From the human T2T-CHM13v2.0 reference genome, Homo sapiens: 64,000 nt of DNA. Position 1 is the first letter of the stretch. Each line of letters opens with the position of its first letter. Location of the stretch: NCBI RefSeq assembly GCF_009914755.1, contig NC_060926.1; one strand, given 5' to 3'. The notes beneath the pieces are model-generated. The model did not search any database and had not been told where the DNA came from. It saw only the letters and a list, made by a program, of their open reading frames with translations. A program made the translations under genes and the position numbers. Positions 28,424 to 43,099 of the stretch are shown here, piece by piece.

Positions 28424-29667
28424 CTAACCAAAAAGAAAAAGATAATTCAATATTTCACTGATTTGACAATTATGTACTAGACCACTGTATTACCAGGTGC
28501 TGAAAATACAAATATTTTTTAAAAACCTATCTATCTGCTTAGTGTCCTATTACTGTGTAGTATTACAGTGTAGTTAGGTGTCAACATTATAGCTCTTCTG
28601 AAGATGTAAGAATTTTTTTTAGCTAGGGATAAATATTCACAGAAAACAGAGCCAAATGTTACAAGTAGTTACCAGAGATTCATAATCTACAAATACACAA
28701 AACTTTTAAAAAATAATTTGAAGTTGGCTTGTGCCGTTATAGGCCAATAAACTTTTTGATGTGAGATTGACGCCTAAAAGATTGAGCAAGATATAAAATA
28801 ATGATAATGTACAAAGGTTTCCTCTCAGGAGCAAATTCACTTGAGTATACTTAACCTTTTAGGGTAAATTTTACCTTTTATAAGTTACTTCTCAGGACCT
28901 TGATAACCTCTTAACCCAAAAAAACTGGATTTTTTTCTCCTGAAAGCTTCTGACTCAAAGACTATGGAGAAACTATTTCAGAGCACAGCTACAATGACGC
29001 TGGCTCCCTGTGGGTCACACAGTCCAAAAAGCAACTTGTTTCTTTACCTCTTCCCATATTCACTTTCCCTTTTAATAGAGCTTCAGCTTTTATCATTCAC
29101 TGAAATTACAAATTGCAAAGGTCTGAGTCCTAATTAAGTAATCAAATATATTACCAGATAATTAAGAATAAATCAATTTATGAATATAGAATATAAAATG
29201 TAATTATTCTCTAGATGATCTGCTATATAATAAGTGGTCACAAATTTTCCTTTATAAATAGGTAAATAATAAAAATGAATTATTTTAAATGAATGCATTT
29301 TAGGGGTAGTAATACTCGTGTTCAGTATACAAATCATACTTTCTGCATAATAAAATAACCTATTTGTGTGACTATGACCTCTATTCCACTGAAAGACACA
29401 GCTCTCTTAAGTACCAGCAGACTATTCGACTGCAAAGAAATATCAAGTATTCATAGTTAAAAATGACAAATTTAAAGATAAAAATATGAGGAAAAAGGAA
29501 TAGTAATCTCAGATGAATTGTTGTAATGCAAATGAACCTGTAGGTCCCCTAATACAATAATGGAATAACTTGCTGCCCTTTAAGAAATGTTTAACAAATT
29601 TAAGAGGATAACCTGAAAGACTATTCAAATAATATTTAGTGATTTAAAAACTAGCCAATGTGGGTAG

Positions 29668-30041
<374 letters not shown>

Positions 30042-31618
30042 TGAAAAGAAAAGAGTTCTTTTGACATTATGTTACATTTCAAACATTTAAATCAAATTAA
30101 TCACTAAAGGGCCCAATGTACTCACTGTCTATACAATATTAAATAAAAGTAGAAGTAATGAAACATTGACGATTTTACTTTTAATACAATATAAAGGTAA
30201 GAAAGATAATAAACCATAAAAAAAATTTTTTTAGGTAGTATAATAGAAAACTATAGTCTTGTAGCAAGAAGAAAGAAAAATAAGAGAAATTAAAAGTTTC
30301 AGAAATGATGCTATTTACAATAAAACCTGCTTCTCAGAAACTTTTTTTATGGAAAATGTTTAACATACACAAAAGAGATTAGTCCAATGAACTTCCATAT
30401 TCTCATTACCTCTTGTTTCATCTCTACCTCCAACCACTTGAAACCTCCTATTTAACTATAAAAGTAATTTGAAATTTAGCTTCCATATTACTTTGAAGTA
30501 CATGAATTTTTGTCCTACCAAGCCCAAAAACTACATATTTTACATATTTAATGAGTTAATCCATAAAATTTTCCTATCAATTTTTACCAGAATTTTATGA
30601 GGGCAAGAAATTCCATCTGTGTACTTACTCACTGCTACGTCCCTGATTCCTGGCACACAATGAGCACTACGTTTAATTTATACACAATCCTACATTACTT
30701 AGTACAGCAAATAGTATCCATTAAGGAAGAAAAAGAAGCTTTGAGGAAAAGGTAGATAAGAATATAAAAAAGGAAAAATTTAGAAGTTTTTGTTTTTCAG
30801 GATTTTTAAAAAACTTATTATAGAAATTTTCAAATATACAACAGTAAAGAGACCACCTTAATGAACTCATACCTAGTTTCAACTGTTATCACCATTTTAA
30901 TGCAGGCTTTATTTTAACCATTTTACTTCAAAAGAAACAAAAAGCCCCTTACTAGACCCTGCAACTCCATTCAAGTCAACATTTTCTTTCTTTTCTCACC
31001 TACTACTTAATAAAAGACATGTCTATACCATATCATATTTTGGAAACATCAAACATACAAAAATGAAGTCACAGAAATGAAAATGCTGAAGGCAAAGTAG
31101 TGAACAATATTTCTGATCTGCTGGACTTTATACTTTTATTAGAAGAGACAAGCCATTAAGGTAGACAACAAGAAACATAATTTCAAATTATTATAAGAAC
31201 CACAAAGAAAATTTTAAAAGGACAGTTTGTTGGTGATGGTGTAAGGAAACAGGCACAATCATATTATTGTATAATTTTTTTTTTCAACTACTTTAAGTGA
31301 ATCTTCAGTACCTCAGATGGTTAGAGACCTTGAGGACCAGACTATAAGGAAGCCTGCCAGTGCATTCCTCCAGATTCTGCCTGTGTCTTTGTCCCTAAAG
31401 ATCTGGCTGTGTACCTTTACTATATCGCTGTAATAAGTCTTAATCATGAGTATAATTATATGCTGAGTGCTGAACACTGGGGTAAGTGTTGGGGACCCCC
31501 GTCATGTGTACTGAGAGCATTGTGTATTACTTTTGAAGCAGGATTTTTAAAAAAAGTATTAAGTATATTCATTTTTAAGAAACATAAAATCAAGTAACGA
31601 GAAATTTGAATGAATTAC

Positions 31619-31743
31619 CTGTACAATAAGAGCATGTCTCCGTAACACATACTTCTGAGATGCCATATGAATAAAGGTTAGGCCTATACAGAAGCTATAG
31701 AGAGGTTCGTCAGGGTGAGTGCGAAAGGCTTGCACATACTGTC
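31619..31743 (-). CDS. GTF3C3: GTF3C3 exon 16 (QYVQAFR...HALIVQ)
   Basis: cag|GA acceptor, CAG|gtaatt donor; 125 nt. Confidence 0.96.
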
Positions 31744-33189
31744 CTGGAAAATAAGCAGTGGTGTCAGACGGTGTGACAAGAACAGAGTTATTTATTTCTT
31801 CAACACTTTTAAGGCCAAACATTACTGATTTTAACATACATAAGGTGGACATTCTATCTTAAATAGCAACCAGAGACCTATTAATTTGAATTTTAAAACA
31901 ATGTATAAAATAAAACAAGTTCCCCATGAATGTATGCTGACCATGAAGATTCATATGAGGAACTAAATTAACTTTTTCTAGGCACAGCTAGACATTTCCA
32001 TGTAAAGTAATACTTCCAAAATAAACAATTTATCAGCTGCAATCATTAAATCTATTTTATGACCTTAAATCTAGTTTGAAAAGAATGGAGGAGGTGTGTT
32101 TTGGTGAACATTTTTATAGAATCAACTGATCTGTTTTATAAATTCAAATGTGGTGGATCATGGAGGTGAGAAGAGGAAAGCTTTGTTTTGTTTTTTAGAC
32201 TACAGGTGTTGTTTTCCCAAATGTAGCAATTATTTGTTTTTTCTGAGAAAGCTAAATGTATCCAATAACAGAATAAGAATTTGGAGTTTTATGAATTACA
32301 TGTATTCCATATATACAATCATCTCTTGTCAAAAGCCTAATCATATGCAGTAGGGGTATTTAAGCAAGTTTTTCTCATAAAGGAATAACATATAATGTAT
32401 CACATATAGATGAAAATTTCTCTTCCTTCTGGCTTCTATTTTGGAAGGAATGGCACCACAGAATCTCTTAGGCAGCAAAGATGGTAGACTGCCATTTGTC
32501 TATCATTTTAACCTTTTGTAAAAGTTTCTAATATAGGAAAATAAAATATTTTTATTTTCTTAATATAAAACAATTCCACAAAGCACACACAAAAGAGGAA
32601 TGTTTCAACATCTGATGTTTGAGGTTACTGGATGAACGATGATAAAAATACGGGCCATACACAAGGAATCATGAACGTATCAAATAGCCAAAAACCATAG
32701 TTTACTCATAAGAAGTAAATCTGGCAACACCACCTTTTAGGTAGTAAGACATGCATGCCTAATTTTAAGTTTAAACATTTAGTTAGTTAGATGTTTTTCT
32801 ACTTGTTTGCTTCTTCTTTAATTTTTTTTTAAAAGGAGACTCTGCAAGTAATACTTGTTTACTTCTGATTCCTTATTACAGAAATTCCTTATTATAAATG
32901 ATTAATGAAGTTTCCTTGAGTTTAATTAGAATTAGTAACCACCACATAAATAAATCTTAATATAGATTTAGCTCCTGAAGGAATGAACTTTCAGCAAATC
33001 TTGAATGTTTTGCATTATGGCAAATTAAAATCAGGTGGCAAAAGCATCCATAATTAATGAAAATCATTTTAAAAATAAATAGGCCTAAGCAGGGAGAATT
33101 GTTGACCGTTAAAATGAATTTTATAAGACCTGTGTCAGCCTTTTACAACCAAAGCTTAGTAAGAATAACAAATATTAATATTAGTAATT

Positions 33190-33410
33190 ATCATTTTTGC
33201 TATTATATCCACTTACTATATGTGCCAGGCACTGTTTTAAGTTCTTTATATTGATTCATTTAATTTTCACAATTATCTACAAAGTAGGTCCAATTATTAT
33301 CTCCATTTTAGAGATCAAGAAACTGAGGCAGGAGGAGGTAGAATAATTTGTCACAGTGGGGCTGATAATTAACCCAGACAGTTCCAATCCAGAGGCTAGG
33401 CTCTTCACCA
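33190..33410 (-). mobile_element. MIR element
   Basis: MIR core (ctccattttagagat..gaaactgaggca; tgtgccaggcactg); boundaries approximate. Confidence 0.7.
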
Positions 33411-33451
33411 CACTATTTATGCTTGACAAAGTCACGTGCCAGGACACTTAC

Positions 33452-33642
33452 CAAGCGCATGCTTAAAACTACCAGATACAAATGCATTGTGTCCATTTAA
33501 GACACATAGGGCATGATTTTCTGGGTTTTTCAGCATCAAACGGAGACAGAAGCGATGATGTCGTACATCTTGGGAGTGCATGGTAACTTGATTGAAAATG
33601 TTCCAGAGCTGGGGTTTATTGACATTTTCCATTACCATTATC
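33452..33642 (-). CDS. GTF3C3: GTF3C3 exon 15 (IMVMENV...FKHALG)
   Basis: tag|G acceptor, CTTG|gtaagt donor; 191 nt. Confidence 0.96.
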
Positions 33643-33979
33643 CTAAAATTGCAGGAAGAGGGTGAGGGAGAAAATAATGTAAAAATCTTCCTGATTTCTA
33701 AAAATGAAACCCTTCAGTGCTGTCCTACCAGCACTGAAATGTACCATCCTCCAACAAGGAAAAGCAGATAGTTTCAATCTATTTAAAGCAAAACTCTCCT
33801 ACGCAATAAAAGATTTTTCCCAGAAAATGTTGCTTAAGTTAGTGTTTCTATATCTTATTTCTACTTTCAACAAAACTTTTAAACTAAAACAGGAGCAAGT
33901 GGTTTAGGTTTCACTTTTTCTCTCCTTGCCCACTATAGCTGCAGTACCGAATAACAATTCATAATATTTGCCAGGCATT

Positions 33980-34282
<303 letters not shown>

Positions 34283-34619
34283 TTGCCAGGCATTATTAAA
34301 AAGGCATAACAACTCCTTTAACCTTCATCATAACCCTATGAGATGGCAGTATTATGATATCCTTTTATAAGTGGGAAGACTGTGGCACTAGAGATTACCT
34401 AACTAGCCTAAGGTCACGCAGCCAGTAGGCGTCAGGGCTGGGATTTGAACCCAGAAAGTCTGGTCCTAGAGTGCATCTTCTTATATACTGCCTCTGGGAA
34501 TCACCAATTAACCAGTTTATTGTTTAATGGGAGAGCCAAAAGTAAAGTAGCTTCTAAATCAAAGTACATGTACTTACTCTATTAAAGAATCTAATTAAAA
34601 TAAATAACTGGGAAATCAC

Positions 34620-34857
34620 CTGATATAGTTGTATGCCTTTCTGAAATTTTTGTCCAGAATTGCAGCAGACAGACCAAAGTATTCTAGTTCTTTGCGTTTT
34701 TGCCTGTCATCATAAAATGAGTAATATTCCAATGAGGAATCTACAAGCAACTCAGCCTCTTGAAATCGGGATAGGTCACATAAGGAGTATATGGCCTTCA
34801 ACAGAAGATTCCACCAGTCATCCTTTGTCAAGACGCTTGTGAGCACAGCAAATATTG
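34620..34857 (-). CDS. GTF3C3: GTF3C3 exon 14 (AIFAVLT...AYNYIR)
   Basis: tag|CA acceptor, AG|gtgatt donor; 238 nt. Confidence 0.96.
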
Positions 34858-35200
34858 CTAAAATGAGACCAATGAAAACCAGTTAGGACACTGTATTTCC
34901 AGAAATAGCAGTATTAGAAAAATTCACATCATCAATTTTAAGACAAGTTTAATAACCATGAGCCTAAATTGTTGCCAGTGCTCTCCGGACAAAGATGAGA
35001 AGGGGTAGTTGCTTGCTTACACTCCTTCAATACTATCCGCTTCTTCTCTGCCAGTTTAACAATCTGCATTCCCAGGCACCTGATTCGGACTTGGTCTCTA
35101 CAAGTTCCAGCTAGTTCCATCTGCATTTCTCCTTGCTAGCTAAGATATATCTCCTCCAGGGTAGAACAAGTATACTTTCTATGACTGTAATCCCATAGGG

Positions 35201-35677
35201 AAGCAGTCCCCAACCTTTTTGGCACCAAGGACCAGTTTCATGCAAGGCAATTTTTCCATGGGCCAGGGCTAAGAAGGATGGTTTCAGGATAATTCAAGCA
35301 CATTACATTTATTGTGCACTTTATTTCCATTATTATTGTTGTAATATATAATGAAATAATTGTACAACTCACCATAATGTAGAATCAGTGGGAGCCCTGA
35401 GCTTGTTTTCCTGCAACTAGACAGTACCATCTGGGGGTGATGGGAGACAGTGACAGATCATCAGGCATTCAATTCTCATAAGGAGCGTGCAACCTAGATC
35501 CCTCGCATGGGCAGTTTACAATAGGGTTTGCACTCCTATGAGAATCTAACGCTGCTGCTGATCTGACAGGAGGGGAAGCTCAGGTGGGAATGGTCGCTTG
35601 CCCACCCACTGCTCACCTCCTGCTGTGCGGCCCAGTCCCTAGCAGGCCACGGGCTGGTACCGGGGTTGGGGACCCCA
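35201..35677. mobile_element. MER1A-like hAT-Charlie element
   Basis: TIRs ..GTCCCCAACC / GGTTGGGGAC..; MER1 internal motifs. Confidence 0.85.
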
Positions 35678-36819
35678 GTGATAGAGGATTACGTACATAC
35701 AGGCATTCAAATGTTTGCTCAGCAAAATACTTCAAATTCATACTTTGAGATTCAAGTTGTTCTTGATCTTTTTCTGATCTCAAGTCTCTTTAACAACCTC
35801 CTTCTCTTCCTTAGTTCTCTGTAAAAAGCCTCCCTTTGATAGCCCTTAAGGAATATCAAAAGCCATAAAAAATTTTACTGTCTTTGATCCAATAATTTTC
35901 CTTCTGAGAATCTATCCTAAACAAAATATGGACAAATCTGTATGTATGAAAATGCTTACTACATTACTGCTTATAAAACTGCCAAAAGTGACCATATGCC
36001 AAAAAATAAGAAAATGATTAAATTATGGAACCACTATCCAATGGAATACTACACATTCCTTAAATATAACTATGAAGAGAACAGAGCAACATGATAAAAT
36101 GTCTATGAGAAAATGTAAAGTGAAAAGATCACAGTACAAAGTTGCATGTAACATAAAAAGGCTTAGTTCATCCTATCCTGGTACACCAGTGTAATGTGAT
36201 CCTCACCATGATAAAATTTACAAAACAAAACAACAAAACCTTATGAGCCTAAGAAAAACTAACCATGGACCTCCAGTGAGGAATCACTGAAAGAAAACAG
36301 GCAGATCACACAGGGAGAAAAATACAACATAAGGAAACATGGTTAAAAACACAAGCTGCAGAGGTAGAATCTGTAGTCTTTTAAAGTTATATTACTTGAG
36401 ACTAGGTCACAGCAACTTATTTTCAAAGAGTTTCTATGACTATTGCTACATTTGTTAAAAATTATTTCATAGAGAATGGAATATATATAAGTGAAGTCTG
36501 GACAAATCATCTATACTGTCATCTAATCTTCACAAATTTCTTAAAATATATTTTCTTTTTAAAAAGTCAAAGTTTTGTTTTACTTCTTTCACAGATCCAA
36601 GCAGATGCTTTCCTTTTAATTTTTTTTAATTTAAAGTATTTACATTTAGCCTTTCCTTTTTAACATCGAATGAGTTTATTACACTTGAGAGATTTAGATT
36701 GGAAAATTTCATTTTATTTGAAAAGTATATTTTCAATTAGATTGCTGTCCAGTGTTACTTCATGAGTCTTTTTCAATTCAGCCAAATTTTATATAACATA
36801 ATGCAAATGAAGTTATTAC

Positions 36820-36955
36820 CTTTTGCATCACAATTTGCTGACTCTTGGTCATTGCTGTCTGATATTTTGTCTCTCGATACTTTAATAAGATAAAGATGCC
36901 TCTCTCCAGACTTGGAACTGGATATCAAACAAACTTGGGCTCGATTCATTGCTAC
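36820..36955 (-). CDS. GTF3C3: GTF3C3 exon 13 (VAMNRAQ...NCDAK)
   Basis: cag|GTA acceptor, AAAG|gtaata donor; 136 nt. Confidence 0.96.
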
Positions 36956-36997
36956 CTGAATTAAAGATGAAGATTTCAGATTCTTTAAACAATAACT

Positions 36998-37124
36998 GTT
37001 TTGTTTAGAGACAAAGTCTTGTTATGTTGGCTCAGGCTGGATTTGAACTCCTAAGCTCAAGTGATCCTCTCACCTTAGCCTCGCAAGTAGCTGGGACCAC
37101 AGGCACATGCCACCATACCCAGCT
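36998..37124 (-). mobile_element. FLAM-type Alu monomer
   Basis: Single left-arm monomer; TSD TAAACAATAA. Confidence 0.85.
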
Positions 37125-37713
37125 CTAAACAATAATTTTTTAAAGAAAACCTATGGGTCACAGGTGCCACAAGACTGAAAGCTCCCTTAGTAAGAAAAAA
37201 GGAAACCAAATTACTATATTAAAAAACTAAAATTAGAATGAACTGACTTATTTTTCTCTTACCAAAGGAATTTTGGGTCACATTCCTCACCTCAGAAAGA
37301 AAAAAGGCAATTCACGTTAACATTATAACATGCATATACACACATCCCCAGAGATACACCCACAGAGCTACCTCCCTGCAAATAAGCTGGACTCGGAAAG
37401 AATATTAGATCTGGAAAATACTTTTGCAAAGTGAGTAATTTTGGCACATAGTACTGTCCACAGGGCCAATATCTGATAGACCATGGTGCTCACTTTTCTA
37501 AATATGTACTAGGGAAGATTTTCACTTAAGCTACTGTCAAGAACTTTCAGTCATATACCAATAACCTCTAGCTTTTTTGTTTTTATCTTTCATTTTTAAA
37601 AGTTTGAGTTTAATGAAGAAAAACAATTATAAAGTAGTATAATCTATGTTTAAATGAAATACTAAACATTTAAAAAGTCAACAAGGCTAACATAAAGAAA
37701 GATCATTACCCAC

Positions 37714-37815
37714 CTTTAAAAGCATGGCTAACATAGTAAGTAAGGTATCCACATAACCATACATTTTGCCTTGTGAAAACAACAGAGTAGAACGATGAAG
37801 CAATAACTTCAGTTC
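37714..37815 (-). CDS. GTF3C3: GTF3C3 exon 12 (ELKLLLH...AMLLK)
   Basis: tag|GAA acceptor, AAG|gtgggt donor; 102 nt. Confidence 0.96.
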
Positions 37816-38130
37816 CTAAACAAATAAGCACATGATGATGAGCCTAACAAGATTCCTTTTCTACAAATTGTTTTATTTGCATAGAAACATTTTTAAAAAA
37901 ACAAACCATATTGCTTTATGGTCTTTCACAATAATTAAGAGCCAATATTTTAAAACTATAATTTGTAACCCAACCAGCGGCTGAAATCCAAAACTTAAAA
38001 TCATTTTTCAAAAACTTGAATACACTAAAATAAAATTTTGGATATAAGCTATAGAGACATCCTTAATGGAGGAGAAAGTTCTAAAATATAATATACCAAG
38101 AAAAACTTCCCTCTATGTGACATGGCCCAC

Positions 38131-38333
38131 CTGCTGTGCAGCATTTGCATCCTGTGCTAAAGTATCTGGATCATACATTGGTTCCAGAGCTTCCAGAGCT
38201 TTCTCAGGCTGGCCCAGCTGCTGCTGAAGGGTAGAAAGTGAAATCCTTGCATCCAAATGGAGTGGGGCCAGATCAACCACCTTGCCATAGCTTTCAGCAG
38301 CTCGCTCCATATAGCCTAAGGCCTTTAAACATT
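38131..38333 (-). CDS. GTF3C3: GTF3C3 exon 11 (ECLKALG...ANAAQQ)
   Basis: tag|AA acceptor, CAG|gtgggc donor; 203 nt. Confidence 0.96.
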
Positions 38334-39839
38334 CTAAGATGATGTTAAAATAAAGCAAAAGTATGAACTACAGATTTGTAAACTGGCCACAATTACTCTT
38401 CCATTTTAAAAGAAATATAGCAATATAAAAAATTATAACAAGAAATGAATGCGTATTTCTAGTACTTTAAAACTATCCCTAATCTCTATTAATCAATCGA
38501 TCTAATAAATTTAAATTGCTAAGGAGTAATCAGTGTATACATATAATTTAGGGTTCTGCTTTATTCATTGAGCATTACATTTTAAACACTGTCTTCATTG
38601 GCATTTTGAATGGTTACATAATCAAACTGATTATGTAATTATATCATTTGCCATTTAGGTTGCTTTCAAATTTTTACTCTAATAAATAATACTGCAGTAA
38701 ACATCTTCACATATATAAACCAGAGCACACAATCGGCAGACCAGTGTAACCCACAGGTATGTTTTATTAGCTCACAGTGCTTTTAAAAACTATTAACATC
38801 CTACATTTCTTAAAATTAGGATTTTAATAAAATCCAGGGTATTGGATTCTTTTGAAAGTTCTGTATTTGGCCACAGTGGGTGCCCCATTCCCACATGACA
38901 CATCAGTCCATGCAGAGAAAGTGCCCTTTAGAAAGGCCTCCTCAGTTTCCACCTCTCCCTAGTATTCTCTCTCTCTCACTTCACTCATTTTTGTTACCTG
39001 CCAGGCTCCCAAGTTTTGTGATCCCCAATAGAAACTACCTCCTCTCATCCCACTCAATTAGTTCCTGAGTATAAGTTCTCAGAGTGAGGTTACTGGGCCC
39101 TATTTCTCAAACTTTACACCCAATCAGTCAATCAATCAATCAATACATGCGATCATTTGAACGTGAAAACAAGTCTCTGTGAGCATTTCTTCTTTCCATC
39201 CTTTTCGCTGCACTGTATCTCCTAAGTATTTTTACCTCCAGTTGCTTTTTCAAATCTCTCCTGACCATCATCTTTAGGTTAAATTTTGATAATAAAGGAA
39301 GAACATTAATATGGATGGATCATCACAGTGACATTTCTTACATTTTCTCATTTTTCACTTTAAAAACATTTTGTTATTTTGTTACTGAAATAACTGAATT
39401 CCTCTAATTATCTTTCTTATATACTGATCCCAAATTTCTTTATCATTTTTAGATGACTCTGAGATTTTATCTTTCATTCATCTCAAGCCACATGGGCTCA
39501 AAATGGAAACAGCATTGATCAGAATCATGATTAAATAGGATTTTTAAAGTATACACTATTAGTAACACAGGAGCAGTTTCAATATCACAGCCCTAAGTAG
39601 AAAGGCAATACAAACTAAGATATCCTGCTCATATCTTTAAAATTCAAATCTCACAAATAATGCAGCTTTTTACGATGGTATTACATTTGTATTCATATTT
39701 ATTCATCTAAACAGAAAAGTGTTATCTTAATCATTAAGTGCTCTCTTTCCTAGCTCATATCTGTGATGTGAGTGCACTACTGCCCCAAAATGCCAATCAA
39801 TGCTTCTCTAATTATAGAGTTCTGTCATCATATAATACT

Positions 39840-40079
39840 TAAGAGCCATTAGTTTTCTGCCATCACATAGTATTTGAAACCAAGACTATTCGATCTTTAA
39901 TGCGTCTTTTATGTTGACTCAATAAGAAACCCTATTAGAATACTTTTTGCTTTCATGTAAGAGCCACTAGAGTTTTCTGCCATCACACAGTATTTGAAAC
40001 CAAGACTATTCGATTTTTAATGCATCTTTTATGTTGACTCTATAAGAAATCCTATTAGAATACTTTTTGCTTTCATGTA
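39840..40079. repeat. ~120-bp tandem duplication (2 copies) in intron 10
   Basis: Units start TAAGAGCCA at 39840 and 39958; about 6 substitutions plus a 2-bp indel. Confidence 0.95.
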
Positions 40080-40599
40080 TTTCTTCAAAAGATTTAGTCA
40101 TGTTTCTTAAGCTATTTTTTCCAGTCTAAATGATTCACTGCAGATTACTATGGACTTAGGCACAGTGTAATAAACGGCTGATAAAACCCAATTTTGAGTA
40201 TGTGTGGCTCAAAGAGCATTGAAAAATATATTAATTTTTCCCAATATAACATATTAAATATAAATCTATAAAAACTCTTCAAAATTAGATTTTGCCCCAA
40301 GTCTGACAATCCTTTGCTAGAAACCAGACCCTATGGTTAAGAGAGGTTCAAGACAGGCATCTAAGGGAAATGTGAGTCCTTCAACTTCACTCTGGCATCA
40401 TTAAGTAAATCATTCCTCCAAAGCATTAGTGATGGGGAAATCACTTAGTAGCCTAGCAAGACAATTTAAAATACTGACTTTCAAAAAACTCCCCTGAAAC
40501 CAGAAACACTTGCACTATAATAATTATTACCATCTTGGGAAAGTAAGTTCTTGGCTGCTTATATGATTAAAACTTCTTCCTCCCACAAAAAAGTGTTAC

Positions 40600-40771
40600 C
40601 TGCATGACGAAGCCAAACTACTGCAAGGTTGTATCTTTCAGAGCAAACAAGAGCACTGAGGAGGGGAAGTGCAGAATTATATTCACCAACATCCAGAAAA
40701 GCTTCAGCAACATCTAGGTATAGGTCTCCCATATCTTCAGGATTCTGTTCTACTAGTGTTGTCAAGAGAGG
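40600..40771 (-). CDS. GTF3C3: GTF3C3 exon 10 (PLLTTLV...WLRHA)
   Basis: tag|CCT acceptor, GCAG|gtaaca donor; 172 nt. Confidence 0.96.
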
Positions 40772-40834
40772 CTAGACCACAAATAAAAGCCCCAAGTTAA
40801 ACATTCATTACAAACGTGCACATCTATCTATAGC

Positions 40835-41094
40835 TTTTTTTTTTTTTTTGAGATGAAGTCTCTCCCTGTCACCCACGCTGGAGTGCAGTGGCACAATCTT
40901 GGCTCACTGCAACCTCTGCTTGCTGGGTTCAAGTGATTCTCGTGCCTTAGCTTCCTGAGTAGCTGGGATTACAGGTGCATACCACCAGGCCCAGCTAATT
41001 TTTGTATGTTTAGTAGAGACAAGGTTTCACCATGTTGGCCAGGCTAGTCTCAAACTCCTGGCCTCAAGTGATCTACCCTCCTCGGCCTCCCAAA
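40835..41094 (-). mobile_element. 5'-truncated Alu
   Basis: Poly(T) plus reverse Alu; TSD TCTATAGCT. Confidence 0.92.
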
Positions 41095-41433
41095 GTCTAT
41101 AGCTCTCTTTTTAACCTACATATCAGTTATAAGAGGCAAGCTGAAAAGGAGCAAGGCTTAATAAAAACAGCGTTATATGGTCATTTTTCTGTTCACTTCT
41201 GCCATCTTTATTTTAAATAACTCATACCCAGTGAACACATTTTGTGGATCTGTTTAAAGACAGGCATTGCAGGAACTAAGACACAGCTCATCTGTTTTGC
41301 TCTTCGTCTAACCAGCACAACGTCTTGTGCCTCAGGGCTTCTGTGTTTGCTAATGTTTTTGGAAAGTTGTTTCCTTAGATATCCCCATGGTTTACTTCCT
41401 CACCTCCTTCAGGTCATTATTCAAATGTCACCT

Positions 41434-41684
41434 TGTTTGTTTGTTTTTGAGACAGGGTCTGCAGTCTCTACCTCCTGGGCTCAAGCAATCCTCCCACCTT
41501 ACCTCCCAAGTAGCTGGCACTACAGGTGTGCGCCACCACACCCAGCTAAATTTTTTGTATTTTTTGTAGGCGTAGGGTTTCACCATGTTGCCCAGGCTGG
41601 TCTTGAACTCCTGAGCTCAAGAGATCTGCCCGCCTCAGCCTCCCAAAGTGCTGGGATTATAAGTGTGCACCATGGTGCCCAGCC
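41434..41684 (-). mobile_element. AluJ-like element with internal deletion
   Basis: TSD AAATGTCACCT at 41423-41433 and 41685-41695. Confidence 0.9.
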
Positions 41685-42263
41685 AAATGTCACCTGATCC
41701 CCTATTGAAAACTGCAACTTTCCCCTGCCCCCAATATTCCTTATTTTCCTCCTTTTTTTTCCAGAACACTTATCACCAGCCAATGTCCCGTATATGTTAT
41801 GTATTTATTTTATTATCTAATCCCATTAAAACAAAAAAGCATCCCAACCCATGAGGGTATGGATTTGTATATTTTACTCAATATCTTATCCTAAGGTTTA
41901 CAAAGTAGATGCTAAGTACTTTTTTTTTTTTCAATAATATACTTGGTCCAAAGTCCGCAAAAAAGAATAGCTGTCAGAATTATTACCAATTATCTAATGA
42001 CAATCTCAAATGGTCTAAAGACAATCTCAAATTATGATCTTTAGATTGTTATTTTAAAAGAAAAATAAATTACTGTAAGCCCAATTGCAAAACAATTTTA
42101 GTTTTTATAAGATATTCATACAAAATTATTTGATGCTTATTGTTACCTCCTTGGTTATTAAGAAATGTGAAACTCTAGGGTCAAGTTATAATTTCTTGAC
42201 ATCTAAAGAAAAGAGATGGTGCATTTGATCTGAAGTATCTCAAGTGCAGATCTTGTTACATAC

Positions 42264-42367
42264 ATTAAGTGGTTCAAGAATGTTGAGATGTACAAGGCAG
42301 ACCATCAACTTCACTGTGATATCTATTGGCACGCCATCAGGTATAGTGCAGGTAACATTCTCAGGAG
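42264..42367 (-). CDS. GTF3C3: GTF3C3 exon 9 (APENVTC...ILEPLN)
   Basis: cag|CT acceptor, AAT|gtatgt donor; 104 nt. Confidence 0.96.
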
Positions 42368-42979
42368 CTGGAGAATACACAGACAAGAAGCAGTTACTAT
42401 ATGCAAGCTTGAGATGTGTATCTTCTATGTAAGATCTCATTTATTTCATTCAAAGCAAATGATTCCACAGTCAATTCTTAGTGTGGCCAACTCTATTAAT
42501 AAGTTCTTATATCTCTCTCAGTCTGTCCTTTGGTAGCAAGTATGCTTCCTATTCGATTTCTAATACCTTATGTACTTATCCAAAACTTACTTTCACACCT
42601 TCTACTAAACTACGGAGAACTAAAAAGACAAAAATAATGAGGATATATGAACCCTCTCTCTTTTTTTTCTTGAATTGAAAAGTCTCTTTTTAGTGTTCAC
42701 TAGAAACAGGCTAAGAAAAGGATAAAATAATACTGTGTTATTTTCTAAAACCTCATTACAACAAAATAATTTTTAAAGCCCTGGGAAATTACAGGAATTT
42801 TTATCCACATTTAAAGTAGTTTGCAAAGTCTAATAAATTCCAAATAAGTTTACATGTTTTCGTTTCAGAAAAACCTGAAGTATAGAGGACATCACAGATG
42901 TATCCTAAGTGGTGAAATAAAAAATTATTCAAGAATTAAATAACTATCTGTTTTACAGAACTTGTCATATAAATTATGA

Positions 42980-43050
42980 CAGTCTTCCATACCTTCAGGT
43001 TCCACATATGCAGATTCAATGAACTGCAGATCAAAAATGTTAAGGGGAAA

Positions 43051-43099
<49 letters not shown>

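Noticed and set aside
39840-40079. Repeat pair considered as a CRISPR-like or RNA-gene array
   Set aside because: Only two long adjacent copies, no spacers, eukaryotic intron, no snoRNA or tRNA motifs recognised.
41999-42049. Short direct and inverted repeats (GACAATCTCAAAT x2; TCTAAAGA/TCTTTAGA)
   Set aside because: Too short and AT-rich to support a functional hairpin; likely a local slippage or template-switch scar.
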